Shown: positions 1-9,173 of the stretch, in pieces
Layout: each line of letters opens with the position of its first letter
Numbering within the stretch: position 1 is the first letter of the stretch
NCBI GenBank assembly: GCA_963749075.1
Contig: CAVVLJ010000020.1
Coordinates: forward strand, 736,001-800,000
Direction: 5' to 3'
Source: an uncultured Pseudomonadota bacterium
Lineage (GTDB): Bacteria; Pseudomonadota; Alphaproteobacteria; JACZXZ01
DNA length: 64,000 nucleotides
Made by a program: the position numbers and the translations under genes
The notes under the pieces: generated by a model
Databases searched by the model: none
What the model was told of the DNA's origin: nothing
Seen by the model: the letters and a program-made list of their open reading frames with translations, nothing else

Positions 1-164
1 TCGACCTGGCGGAGGTCTACGCCGCCCTCGTCGAGGCCGGGCGGCTCGCCGGCTTCGAGGTCCGGCAGCGCTTCTACGAGATCGGCTCGCCCGCGGGGCT
101 GGCCGAGACGGACGCCTACCTGCGGGGCCGGGTCGCTGCGGCTACTAAGAGGAGCCCGGCGTAG
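1..164 (+). CDS. C-terminal end of a sugar-phosphate nucleotidyltransferase (HddC-like), truncated by the window edge
   Basis: Frame from base 3 reads DLAEVYAALVEAGRLAGFEVRQRFYEIGSPAGLAETDAYL...*. FYEIGSPxGL is the typical C-terminal motif of this family, and the heptose-pathway context fits. Confidence 0.6.
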   Translation, partial: DLAEVYAALVEAGRLAGFEVRQRFYEIGSPAGLAETDAYLRGRVAAATKRSPA

Positions 165-209
165 AGCGGCTTTTCGTCCGCGCCGTCAATGGGGCTTCGC
201 CGCCGTCCG

Positions 210-653
210 CTATCTCTTCAGGGCGGCGGTCGCCTCGATGTCCTCCTCCGTGGCGCGCAGCTGATCGTTGATCGCCTGCAGGAGCTCGTGCAGGTATTTG
301 CGGTCGCCGTCGATGTCCTGGAAGTGCGCGTTGAGCTCGGCGACGCTCTTGCCGATCGCCTTCTGGCGCCGGCGGATGGCGCGGACCGGCCATTCGGCCG
401 AGCCGAGCAGCGTCCACTCGCGGCCGAGCAATTGCAGCACCACGAGGGCGAGCACGATCAGGTTGACGCCGCCGAGGATGACCGCGGCCCAGCCGAGCGC
501 ACGGGCCTGCACCGCGGCCTTGTCGGCATGCTTGGCATGCTCGAGGATCTGCACGATCGGTTGCTCCTCCGCCGCCGCCGGCCGGGCCGGAAGCCCGGAC
601 CAGAGCACAATCATGAGAGGCAGGAGGAGACCGAGGAGAGTGCGGCGTTTCAT
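210..653 (-). CDS. hypothetical exported/membrane protein with C-terminal coiled coil
   Basis: 147 aa with a signal-peptide-like N-terminus (MKRRTLLGLLLPLMIVLWSGLPARPAAA), one further TM segment and a helical charged C-terminus. Confidence 0.65.
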   Translation of the reverse strand: MKRRTLLGLLLPLMIVLWSGLPARPAAAEEQPIVQILEHAKHADKAAVQARALGWAAVILGGVNLIVLALVVLQLLGREWTLLGSAEWPVRAIRRRQKAIGKSVAELNAHFQDIDGDRKYLHELLQAINDQLRATEEDIEATAALKR

Positions 654-666
654 GGCAATTCACCAT

Positions 667-1398
667 TCATGGCGGTGGACCCTTCTGCGGGCGATCCGAG
701 GTAGCATTCCCCGGTCCGGACTCGACGATCGTCCATCCGGGATCGAAGGAGAAGATCGTCCAGTAATAGTCTCCCGTATAGCCGGCTTGGCGATAGAGCT
801 CGAGCCATTTCTCGGGCTCGAGATAGGTCTTCGCCGTCAGCATCCAGTCCTCGAACAATCGGCGCTCCTCCGGCGTGCGGAAGGCGTCCACCTGGATGAA
901 GCCGGCGTTGGGCGACACGCGCTGGAGCTCGCGCACGGCTTGCATGCAGTCCGCGGGTGCTAGGTTGTGGATGGCGTTGATCGCGAGCGCCAGCTCGAAG
1001 CTGCCATCGGCGAAGGGCAGGTGCGCGCAGTCGGCGCGCGCGATGCGGCCCGCCGCGTCCGGGTGGCTGTGGCGGATGGCATAGTCGGAGACGTCCACGC
1101 CGAACGCCTCGATGCCGGGTAGGGTGTCCATCAGGTCCTTGATCAGGAAGCCCTTGGCGCAGCCGATGTCGAGCACGCGATGGCCGGGCTTGAGGCCATA
1201 GAGCTCGACCAGCCGCTTGGCGACCGCGACCCAGCGCCCGTCGTAGCGGTAGCCGCCGTAGCCCTGCTCGCGCGTGCCGTCGAAATACTCGAAGCCGAAT
1301 TCGAGTGCCAGGCGCCGGTTCTCCTCCTTGTTCGCCTTGCGCGCACCCACGTCGCGCACCACCTTGGGGGCCGATTCCAGGAGATTGATCTCGCGCAT
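667..1398 (-). CDS. class I SAM-dependent methyltransferase
   Basis: VLDIGCAKG motif I, LPFADGSF post-II motif and FDGTREQGYGGY.YDGRW N-terminal motif. Start taken at MREINLL. Confidence 0.85.
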   Translation of the reverse strand: MREINLLESAPKVVRDVGARKANKEENRRLALEFGFEYFDGTREQGYGGYRYDGRWVAVAKRLVELYGLKPGHRVLDIGCAKGFLIKDLMDTLPGIEAFGVDVSDYAIRHSHPDAAGRIARADCAHLPFADGSFELALAINAIHNLAPADCMQAVRELQRVSPNAGFIQVDAFRTPEERRLFEDWMLTAKTYLEPEKWLELYRQAGYTGDYYWTIFSFDPGWTIVESGPGNATSDRPQKGPPP

Positions 1399-1470
1399 GC
1401 GCCTCCAAGCCGTCCAAGTGTTGATAGCATCCGCCCCGCTCGGCCGCAACCGGCGCCCGCAGGGTGCGAG

Positions 1471-2826
1471 CTAGGCGTCCGCGGAGCCGGCCTGGATCTC
1501 CGCGCTGCAGTCCAGCGCCGCGATGCCGTAGAAGGGCAGCAGCTCGCGGTCCCAGGCGATGTGGAGGGGCCCCAAGCCTGCGTGGCGGTCGAGGCAGCGC
1601 CAGGCCTCCCGCGCTTCGCCGCCGGCACGGTCGTAGGCGGCAAGCGCAAAGGTGTATTCGCCGGGCTCGAGCGAGGCACGCAGGCGGAAGGCGACCGCGC
1701 GCCGCTCGCTGGCCGCGAGAGGTGCCAGCCGCTGGCCGAGCGAGGACGCCGAGAGCCCGCAGACGAGCCGGTTGAAGCGGTCGTAAAGCTCGAGCTCGAG
1801 CTCGGGCTCGGGCACCGCGCCGTCCGCCTCGAGGAGGAGCTGGATGACGAGCTCATCGCCGGCGAGCGCCCGCATGCTGCGGCGGCCGCGGCGGTCGAGG
1901 ACGCGGGCGCCCGCGATGCGGCAGCCCCGGACAGCCTCTCGGGCGTCCCCTTGGCCGCCCCCTTGGCCACCCCTTGGGCCGCGCGCGGCGAGGAGCGAAT
2001 GGCCGAGGATGGCGCCGGCGAGATCGGCCTCGGCGTGCCCCTCCGCCGCACTGTGGCCCGCCGGGAGCGCGCCGCCGCCCGCATGGAGAAGATAGCGCGC
2101 GATCGCCTCGGCGGGCTCGCCCATGAAGGCGACTTGGCCGTGCTCGAGGAGGATCGCCCGCGTGGCGAGGCGCTCGATGGCGGCCATGTCGTGCGAGACG
2201 AAGAGCACCGTCCGCCCGCGCTTCACGATCGCCTCCATGGCGGCGAAGCATTTGCGCTGGAAGAGGATGTCGCCCACGGCCAGCGCCTCGTCGACCACCA
2301 GGATGTCGGGGTCGAGGAAGAGAAAGGTCGCGAAGGCCAAGCGCATGCCCATGCCCGACGAATAGATCCGCATCGGCCGGTCGAAGAAGGAGCCGATGTC
2401 GCAGAAGGCCTCGATGTCGCCAATGCGCGCCTCGGCATAGCCTTCGGGGAAGCCCAAGAGGCGCGTGCTGAGGACGACGTTCTGCCGCCCGCTGAGCTCC
2501 GGATTGAAGCCGCCGCCGAGCTCGAGAAGCGCCAGGAGCCGGCCGCCGACGCGGAGCTCGCCGGCACTGCGCTCGAGGACGCCCGTGAGCAGCTTGAGAA
2601 GCGTGCTTTTCCCCGAGCCGTTGACGCCGATGATGCCGAGGCATTCGCCCCTCTCGACCGCGAAGGAGACGCGGGAGAGCGCCCACACCTCGCGCGCGGC
2701 GCCGTACCGTCCGCCGCTCAGCCAGGCCGCGGCGCGCCGCCACGGCCGCGCATAGAGCCGGAAGCACTTGCCGAGCTCGTGCACCTCGATGACCGCATCC
2801 GTGGCACCGTGGCGCCCGCCGCTCAC
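1471..2826 (-). CDS. wzt: O-antigen/polysaccharide ABC transporter ATP-binding subunit with C-terminal carbohydrate-binding (Wzt_C-like) domain
   Basis: Walker A GVNGSGKST, signature YSSGM, Walker B ILVVDEALAVGD and H-loop VSHD. GTG start overlaps the wzm stop (GTGA). Confidence 0.9.
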   Translation of the reverse strand: MSGGRHGATDAVIEVHELGKCFRLYARPWRRAAAWLSGGRYGAAREVWALSRVSFAVERGECLGIIGVNGSGKSTLLKLLTGVLERSAGELRVGGRLLALLELGGGFNPELSGRQNVVLSTRLLGFPEGYAEARIGDIEAFCDIGSFFDRPMRIYSSGMGMRLAFATFLFLDPDILVVDEALAVGDILFQRKCFAAMEAIVKRGRTVLFVSHDMAAIERLATRAILLEHGQVAFMGEPAEAIARYLLHAGGGALPAGHSAAEGHAEADLAGAILGHSLLAARGPRGGQGGGQGDAREAVRGCRIAGARVLDRRGRRSMRALAGDELVIQLLLEADGAVPEPELELELYDRFNRLVCGLSASSLGQRLAPLAASERRAVAFRLRASLEPGEYTFALAAYDRAGGEAREAWRCLDRHAGLGPLHIAWDRELLPFYGIAALDCSAEIQAGSADA

Positions 2827-3611
2827 AGCACGTCCCTGATCTCGTGGCGCAGCCGCATGAGCACGGCCACGCCGAGGAGAACGGCGAGCGCCGCCCAGCC
2901 GGCCATGGCGAGCCAGATCGTGGCCTCGGGCAGGCTCCGCTCGAGGAGTGCTGCGCGGATCGCGATGAGATAGGGGTGCACCGGATTGAGCCAGAAGAGA
3001 TCGCGATAGCGCTCGGGAATGACCTCGATCGAGTAGACGATGGGCGAGCACCACATCCAGAGCTGGAGAATCACGGCCATGAGGTGGGCGATGTCGCGGA
3101 AGAACACGTTGAGGGTGCCGAAGAGGAGCCCGAGGCCGAAGCCGAGCCCGGCGAGCAGCACCGCCGCGGGCACGACCGCGAGGATCGACCAGCCGATCGG
3201 CTGGCCCAGGACCAGCAGCAGCAGGGGCAGCAGCAGGAGCGACAGCATCATCGAGAGCAAGGCGCTGAGCGCCGCCTTGGCCACGAAGACCTCCTCCGGG
3301 ATGGGCAGCTTCTTGAGATAGACGGCGTTTTCGGGAAGCGCCATGAGCGAGCGCATCAGCGCATCGGAGAAGCCGAGCCAGGGCAAGTAGCCCGCGCACA
3401 GGTAGAGGAGGAAGGAGACGCCCTTGGACGCCCCCGCCATCGGCCTGAGCGGCACGATGCGCGAGAACACCAGGCTGAAGACGAGGATGAGCGCCAGTGG
3501 CTGCAGCACGTTCCACACGAAGCCGAGGGAGGTCCCGGCATAGCGGTGGCGCAGCTCGGCCGTGGCGCTGCGGAGGATGTATTTGCGGTGGCGGTAGAGG
3601 GAGCCGAGCAT
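2823..3611 (-). CDS. wzm: ABC-2 type polysaccharide transporter permease
   Basis: RYAGTSLGFVWNVLQPL and FFRDIAH...SPIVY...LNP motifs, ~6 TM segments, coupled to wzt. Confidence 0.9.
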   Translation of the reverse strand: MLGSLYRHRKYILRSATAELRHRYAGTSLGFVWNVLQPLALILVFSLVFSRIVPLRPMAGASKGVSFLLYLCAGYLPWLGFSDALMRSLMALPENAVYLKKLPIPEEVFVAKAALSALLSMMLSLLLLPLLLLVLGQPIGWSILAVVPAAVLLAGLGFGLGLLFGTLNVFFRDIAHLMAVILQLWMWCSPIVYSIEVIPERYRDLFWLNPVHPYLIAIRAALLERSLPEATIWLAMAGWAALAVLLGVAVLMRLRHEIRDVL

Positions 3612-3620
3612 GACGCCGCC

Positions 3621-4586
3621 TCAGCGCGGCCCTTGGCCGCGCCTGCCGAGCCGCTCGGCGAGCCAGCGGAGCGGTGCCGTGATCCGCCAGCTATGAGAGC
3701 TATGGAGGGCGGCGAGCTCGCTCTCGCGCGCCATGCGGGCGGCGCTCTCGCGCGCGAGCGCCGCCGCGGTCCGAGCCTGCTCCTCGATCAGCTTCTCGTG
3801 CTCCGCTGCGAGCTTGGCGTGCTCGGCAAGGAGGTGGAGATGGCGCTCGCCGAGGTGCGCATGAGCCGCCGCCGCGCTGTCGCGTTCGCGCTCGAGCCGC
3901 ACCGCATCCCACGGCACGAAGCCGTCGAAGACGTTGGGCGGGACGACGAAGTGCCGCGCGCGGGCCGCATCCTCCTCGCGCAGGTAGAAGCGGTTGAGGC
4001 CGTCGAACCAGACGAAGAGATAGCCGCCCGCAAGGAGCGCCGGCTCCCAGTTGGCCCAGGCCGGCTCGGGGCTGTTGGGCCGCGTCGCCTCGACCACGAC
4101 GATGCGCGGCCGGAAGCGGCGCCAGTCGCCTCCCTCGATCACCTGGCGCTCCCAGCCCTCGACGTTGATCTTGAGAAAGTCGATGGTGACGCCGCTTGCG
4201 TGCTCGGCGCAGAGGCGGGCGAGCGTGGTGACGCGGACCGCGGGCAAAGGGACGCGGGGAGGAGAGGGCGGGCCGGCCGCTGCCGGCTCCTCCGCGCAAA
4301 AGCTCGCGAGGCCGCTCTCCGGCACGTCGTAGAGCTCGCGCAGCTCGTCGCGCTCGCCCAAGGCCAGGTTGAGGTTGATGTCGCGCGGCCTGGCCTCGGC
4401 CAGCCGCGCGAAATGGCGCGGCACCGGCTCGACGTTGATGCCGTGCCAGCCCGCTTCGTAGAAGTGGCAGGTGACCGAGTGGGTGACCGGGTCCATGGCG
4501 CCCACGTCGATGTAGAAGCCGCGCGCGACGTCCGCGAGCGCGCGCGCCAGCATGACGTCCTCGAAGTTCTGGGCGTAGGAGATCAC
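3621..4586 (-). CDS. FkbM-family methyltransferase with C-terminal coiled coil (WbdD-like chain terminator candidate)
   Basis: ISYAQNFED, YIDVGA, GINVEP and FLKINVEGWE motifs, followed by a coiled coil ending in SHSWRITAPLR. Confidence 0.85.
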   Translation of the reverse strand: MISYAQNFEDVMLARALADVARGFYIDVGAMDPVTHSVTCHFYEAGWHGINVEPVPRHFARLAEARPRDINLNLALGERDELRELYDVPESGLASFCAEEPAAAGPPSPPRVPLPAVRVTTLARLCAEHASGVTIDFLKINVEGWERQVIEGGDWRRFRPRIVVVEATRPNSPEPAWANWEPALLAGGYLFVWFDGLNRFYLREEDAARARHFVVPPNVFDGFVPWDAVRLERERDSAAAAHAHLGERHLHLLAEHAKLAAEHEKLIEEQARTAAALARESAARMARESELAALHSSHSWRITAPLRWLAERLGRRGQGPR

Positions 4587-4622
4587 CCCCCTGCTCGCGC
4601 CGTCTCGTGTCGCCGGCGCCGG

Positions 4623-5612
4623 CTATGCCGCCTGGGTCGCACTGCGGCCGCGCGCCCGGGGCGTCTCCAGGAACCAGCGGTAGGTCTTCTCGAGACCCTC
4701 GCGCAAGGGGGTCTCGGCCCGCCAGCCGAGGCGGTCGAGGCGGCCCACGTCGAGCAGCTTCTGCGGCGCGCCGTCGGGCTTGCTCGCGTCGTAGACGAAG
4801 CGGCCCTCGTAGCCGATCACCTCTGCCAAGAGCGCCGCCACCTCGCGGATGGTGAGGTCGCTGCCCGTGCCGACGTTGACGTGGCCCTCGCCGGAATAGT
4901 GGCGCATGAGGAAGACGAGCGCGTTGGCCAGGTCGTCGCAATAGAGGAACTCGCGCCGCGGCGTGCCCGAGCCCCAGATCTCGACGCTCGAGCCGCCCGT
5001 GCGCTTGGCCTTGTCGATCTTGACCATGAGGGCGGGCAGCACGTGGCTCGAGGCGAGATCGAAGTTGTCCCCGGGGCCGTAAAGATTGGTCGGCATCGCG
5101 GAGATGAAGTCGCAGCCGTACTGCCGGCGGTAGGCCTGGCAGAGCTTGATGCCGGAGATCTTGGCCACGGCGTACCACTGGTTCGTCGCCTCGAGCGGCC
5201 CGGTCAGGAGGGCCTCCTCGCTCATCGGCTGCGCCGCCTCGCGCGGATAGATGCACGAGGAGCCGAGGAAGAGCAGCTTCTCGACGCCTGTGCGCCGCGC
5301 CGCCTCGATGACGTTGGCCTCGATCATCAGGTTGTCGTAGAGGAACTCGGCCGGGCGCACGTCGTTGGCATGGATGCCGCCGACCGTGGCGGCGGCGAGG
5401 AAGACGAGCTCCGGCCGGCTCGCTGCCATCCACTCCTCGAGCTCGCGCTGGCGGCGCAGGTCGAGCTCGCCGCGCCCGACGGAGAGAATCTGGCAGCCCT
5501 CGCGCGCCAAGCGCCGGCAGATGGCCGAGCCGACCATGCCCCGGTGGCCGGCAACCCACACGCGCCGGCCCGAGAGCTCCTTGCCCTGCCGCTTCGTCTC
5601 CGTCGTCGCCAT
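4623..5612 (-). CDS. fcl: GDP-L-fucose synthase family (GDP-4-keto-6-deoxy-sugar 3,5-epimerase/4-reductase)
   Basis: VAGHRGMVGSA, AATVGGIHAN, LGSSCIYP, YAVAK, PTNLYGPGDNF, SHVLPAL and WGSGTPRREF motifs. Confidence 0.93.
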   Translation of the reverse strand: MATTETKRQGKELSGRRVWVAGHRGMVGSAICRRLAREGCQILSVGRGELDLRRQRELEEWMAASRPELVFLAAATVGGIHANDVRPAEFLYDNLMIEANVIEAARRTGVEKLLFLGSSCIYPREAAQPMSEEALLTGPLEATNQWYAVAKISGIKLCQAYRRQYGCDFISAMPTNLYGPGDNFDLASSHVLPALMVKIDKAKRTGGSSVEIWGSGTPRREFLYCDDLANALVFLMRHYSGEGHVNVGTGSDLTIREVAALLAEVIGYEGRFVYDASKPDGAPQKLLDVGRLDRLGWRAETPLREGLEKTYRWFLETPRARGRSATQAA

Positions 5613-5742
5613 GGCGTCTCGGCTTGCCCTCCGCTGGATGCCGCCTCAGGAGTTGTGGAAAATGCCGCGCTGACCCCGAGGGCGCCGCCAGTCGCCCCGT
5701 CCGGGGCGAGCCCGCCGCGGCGCGGGCATGGGGATGCGGCAC

Positions 5743-5771
5743 TTGACCCCGAGAGGTCGAAAGAATACACC
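5743..5771 (+). promoter_or_regulatory. possible sigma70 promoter of the gmhA operon
   Basis: TTGACC-N17-TACACC in the divergent fcl/gmhA intergenic region. Confidence 0.3.
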
Positions 5772-5878
5772 TTTGAGCCGATTCCGACCACCCCCAAGCG
5801 GCGCCCGGGCAGCCGGGCGGACACCGCGGGCGGCGCTTCAGCCGCCGCAAGCCCCGTCCCTATAAGTCGAGAGCGACC

Positions 5879-6496
5879 GTGAGCCATTCCAAGACGTACT
5901 TCGAGGAAGCTGCCCGCATCGCCGCCCAGCTCGATTTCGCCACTGTCGACCGCATGGCCGAGGAGCTGGCGCGCTTGCGCGAGCGCAATGGGCGGCTCTT
6001 CCTCCTGGGCGTGGGCGGCAGTGCCGGCAATTGCAGCCACGCCGTCAACGACTTCCGCAAGCTCTGCGGCATCGAGGCCTATACGCCGGTCGACAACGTC
6101 TCCGAGCTCACGGCGCGCACCAACGACGAGGGCTGGGAGACCGTGTTCGCCGCCTGGCTCGCCACCAGCCGCGCCAACGAGAAGGACGCCATCCTGGTAT
6201 TCTCCGTGGGCGGCGGCGATGCCGAACGCAACGTGAGCGCCAATCTGGTGCGCGCCATCGACGAGGCCAAGGCGCGCGGCATGAAGGTGTTCGGCGTGGT
6301 CGGCCGGGCGACCGGCTACACGGCGCGCATGGGCGATGCGGTGGTCGTCGTGCCGACCGCCGATCCCGCGCGCGTGACGCCACACTCGGAGGCCTTCCAG
6401 GCGGTGGTGTGGCATTGCCTGGTGTCGAACCCGCTGCTCCAGGTCAAGGGCACGAAATGGGAGACGGTGCTGGCGGCGCCGGCCGTGGCAAGCTGA
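5879..6496 (+). CDS. gmhA: SIS-domain phosphoheptose (sedoheptulose-7-P) isomerase family
   Basis: LLGVGGSAGNCSHAVNDFRK, ELTARTNDEGW and TPHSEAFQAVVWH motifs. Confidence 0.85.
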   Translation: MSHSKTYFEEAARIAAQLDFATVDRMAEELARLRERNGRLFLLGVGGSAGNCSHAVNDFRKLCGIEAYTPVDNVSELTARTNDEGWETVFAAWLATSRANEKDAILVFSVGGGDAERNVSANLVRAIDEAKARGMKVFGVVGRATGYTARMGDAVVVVPTADPARVTPHSEAFQAVVWHCLVSNPLLQVKGTKWETVLAAPAVAS

Positions 6497-7065
6497 GACG
6501 CGCCGTCTTCCTCGATCGGGACGGCGTCATCAACCGCTCCATCGTGCGCGAGGGCAAGGCCTATCCGCCCGCCTCGCTGGCCGAGTTCGAGCTCCTTCCC
6601 GGCGTCGGCGAGGCGGTCGCGGCCTTGCGCGCGGCCGGCTTCCTCGTCATCGTCGCGACCAATCAGCCGGACGTGGCCGCCGGGCGCCAGCGCCGCGAGA
6701 CCGTCGAGGCGATGCACGCGCGGCTCCGCGCCGAGCTTGCCTTGGACGACATCCGCGTCTGCTATCATGACGACCGCGACCGCTGCGCCTGCCGCAAGCC
6801 GCTTCCAGGCATGCTGCTCGACGCGGCGCGCCGCTGGGACATCGCACTCGCCGAGAGCTATATGGTGGGCGACCGCTGGCGCGACGTGGCGGCCGGCCGC
6901 GCCGCCGGCTGCTTGACCGCCTTCGTCGACTACGGCTATGCCGAGCGGCGGCCCGAGGCGCCGGACGTCGTCGTGGAGTCGCTGGCGGAGGCCTGCCGCT
7001 GGATCCTCGCGCGCGAGGCGGCGGCCTCCCAAGGCACCCCTCGAGCGGCGCCGAAGGCGGGCTGA
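6457..7065 (+). CDS. gmhB: HAD IIIA heptose-1,7-bisphosphate phosphatase
   Basis: AVFLDRDGVIN, TNQ, CYH..CACRKP.PGML and MVGDRWRD motifs. Start position uncertain. Confidence 0.88.
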   Translation: MGDGAGGAGRGKLRRAVFLDRDGVINRSIVREGKAYPPASLAEFELLPGVGEAVAALRAAGFLVIVATNQPDVAAGRQRRETVEAMHARLRAELALDDIRVCYHDDRDRCACRKPLPGMLLDAARRWDIALAESYMVGDRWRDVAAGRAAGCLTAFVDYGYAERRPEAPDVVVESLAEACRWILAREAAASQGTPRAAPKAG

Positions 7066-7143
7066 ACGCTTGATTCCGGCCGGTCCGTCGGCTAATGGAT
7101 GCCCCGGCAAGCGGGTCTCGATCGCAAGGGAGAGGTCGCAAAG

Positions 7144-8145
7144 GTGAAGACCGTTCTGATCACTGGCGGCGCCGGATACGTGGGCAACCTGCTTGTGCCG
7201 CAGCTCCTCGAGGCGGGCTACAAGGTCGTCGTCTACGACGCCCTCTACTACGGCAAGGAGACGCTGCCGCTTGCCAACCCAAACCTCCGCGTGGCCGAGG
7301 GCGACATCCGCGACACCGGCCGGCTCGCGCGGCTCTTTCCCGGCGTCGATGTCATACTCCACCTCGCCTGCATCTCGAACGATCCGAGCTTCGAGCTCGA
7401 CGAAGGCCTCAGCAAGTCGATCAACTTCGACTGCTTCGAGCCGATGGTGATGGCCGCCAAGGCCGCCGGCGTCAAGCGCTTCGTCTATTGCTCCTCGAGC
7501 TCGGTCTATGGCGTGAGCGACGCCCCCGACGTGACCGAGGACCATCCGCTCGTGCCCTTGACGCTCTACAACAAGTTCAAGGGCATGTGCGAGCCGCTCC
7601 TCTTCAAGCACCAGGCGACGGGCTTCGCCTGCGTCACCATCCGCCCCGCCACCGTCTGCGGCTACAGCCCGCGCACGCGCCTCGACCTCTCGGTCAACAT
7701 CCTCACCAACCACGCGGTCAACAAGGGCCGCATCACCGTCTTCGGCGGCGAGCAGAAGCGGCCGAACCTGCACATCCAGGACATGTGCGACGCCTACAAG
7801 CTGATGATCGAGGCGCCGGCCGAGAAGATCGCGGGCGAGACCTTCAACATCGGCTACCAGAACCGCAAGATCATCGACATCGCCGAGATCGTGCGCAACG
7901 TCGTCGAGGCGGAGTTCCCGGAGAAGCGGAGAATCGAGATCGTGCGCACCGAATCGAACGACAACCGCTCCTACCACATCAATTCCGACAAGATCTTCCG
8001 CGTCCTCGGCTTCCGGCCACGGCACTCGATCGAGGAGGCGGTGCGCGACCTCTGCCGCGCCTTCAAGGCGGGCAAGCTGCCGAACAGCTTCGACAACGAC
8101 TGGTATTACAACGTCCGCACCATGAAGGCGATCAAGGCGGCATGA
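7144..8145 (+). CDS. NAD-dependent nucleotide-sugar epimerase/dehydratase
   Basis: LITGGAGYVG, HLACISNDP, SSSSVYG and YNKFK (YxxxK). GTG start follows a GGAGAGG RBS. Confidence 0.88.
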   Translation: MKTVLITGGAGYVGNLLVPQLLEAGYKVVVYDALYYGKETLPLANPNLRVAEGDIRDTGRLARLFPGVDVILHLACISNDPSFELDEGLSKSINFDCFEPMVMAAKAAGVKRFVYCSSSSVYGVSDAPDVTEDHPLVPLTLYNKFKGMCEPLLFKHQATGFACVTIRPATVCGYSPRTRLDLSVNILTNHAVNKGRITVFGGEQKRPNLHIQDMCDAYKLMIEAPAEKIAGETFNIGYQNRKIIDIAEIVRNVVEAEFPEKRRIEIVRTESNDNRSYHINSDKIFRVLGFRPRHSIEEAVRDLCRAFKAGKLPNSFDNDWYYNVRTMKAIKAA

Positions 8146-9173
8146 GCGACTCGGGGGGTGGCGCACCGCTTGCCGTCGTCACCGGTGGCGCCGGCTTCAT
8201 CGGCAGCCACATGGTCGACCTCCTCATCGGGCGCGGCTACGCCGTGCGCGTCATCGACAATCTCGTGGGCGGGCGCGAGGCCAATTTAGCGCACCACGCG
8301 GGCAACCCGCGGCTCGCCTTCGCGAAACGCGACATCCGGACGCTCGAGCCCGGCGACGCGCTCTTTGCCGGCGTGCGCTACCTCTTCCACTTCGCCGGCA
8401 TCGGCGACATCGTGCCCTCGATCGAGCGGCCGCTCGAATATCTCTCCGTGAACACGCAGGGTACCGCCCGCATGCTGGAGTGCGCGCGCGCAGCGGGGGT
8501 CAGGAAGTTCGTCTACGCGGCCTCCTCCTCCTGCTACGGTCTCGCCGCCACGCCGACGCGCGAGGACCACCCCATCCGGCCGCAATACCCCTACGCGCTC
8601 AGCAAGTACCAGGGCGAGGAGGCGGCCTTCCATTGGCACCGCGTCTACCGACTGCCGGTCAACTCGCTGCGCATCTTCAATGCGTACGGCACGCGCTCGC
8701 GCACCTCTGGCGCCTACGGCGCCGTGTTCGGCGTCTTCCTCCGCCAGAAGCTCGCCGGCAAGCCCTTCACCGTGGTGGGCGACGGCAGCCAGAGCCGCGA
8801 CTTCCTTTACGTCACCGACGTGGCGGCGGCCTTCCTCGCGGCGGCGGAGACGGAGCGCGCGGGCGAGGTCTACAACCTCGGCGCCGGCAGCCCTGAGACG
8901 GTCAACCGCCTCGTCGAGCTCCTCGGCGGCGAGAGGATCAATATCCCCAAGCGGCCCGGCGAGCCCGACTGCACCTGGGCCGACATCGGCAAGATCAGGC
9001 GCGAGCTCGGCTGGGCGCCCAAGGTGAGCTTCGCCGACGGGGTCGCGCGCATCCTCAAGGAGATCGATTACTGGCGCGAGGCGCCGCTCTGGGACCCGGA
9101 CTCGATCGCCGAGGCGACGAAAACCTGGTTCGACTATCTCGCCCCCTCGCCGGAGCTTGCGCCGCATGACTGA
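8142..9173 (+). CDS. NAD-dependent nucleotide-sugar epimerase (GalE-like)
   Basis: VTGGAGFIGSH, ASSSCYG, YALSK and GDGSQSRDF motifs. ATGA coupling to the upstream gene. Confidence 0.88.
   Translation: MSDSGGGAPLAVVTGGAGFIGSHMVDLLIGRGYAVRVIDNLVGGREANLAHHAGNPRLAFAKRDIRTLEPGDALFAGVRYLFHFAGIGDIVPSIERPLEYLSVNTQGTARMLECARAAGVRKFVYAASSSCYGLAATPTREDHPIRPQYPYALSKYQGEEAAFHWHRVYRLPVNSLRIFNAYGTRSRTSGAYGAVFGVFLRQKLAGKPFTVVGDGSQSRDFLYVTDVAAAFLAAAETERAGEVYNLGAGSPETVNRLVELLGGERINIPKRPGEPDCTWADIGKIRRELGWAPKVSFADGVARILKEIDYWREAPLWDPDSIAEATKTWFDYLAPSPELAPHD

Noticed and set aside
2844-5882. 1012-aa plus-strand ORF and similar long ORFs (1180..2973, 6316..8166, 36176..38458, 44153..45940, 56846..58837)
   Set aside because: These are antisense shadow frames of well-supported genes in high-GC DNA and carry no motifs.
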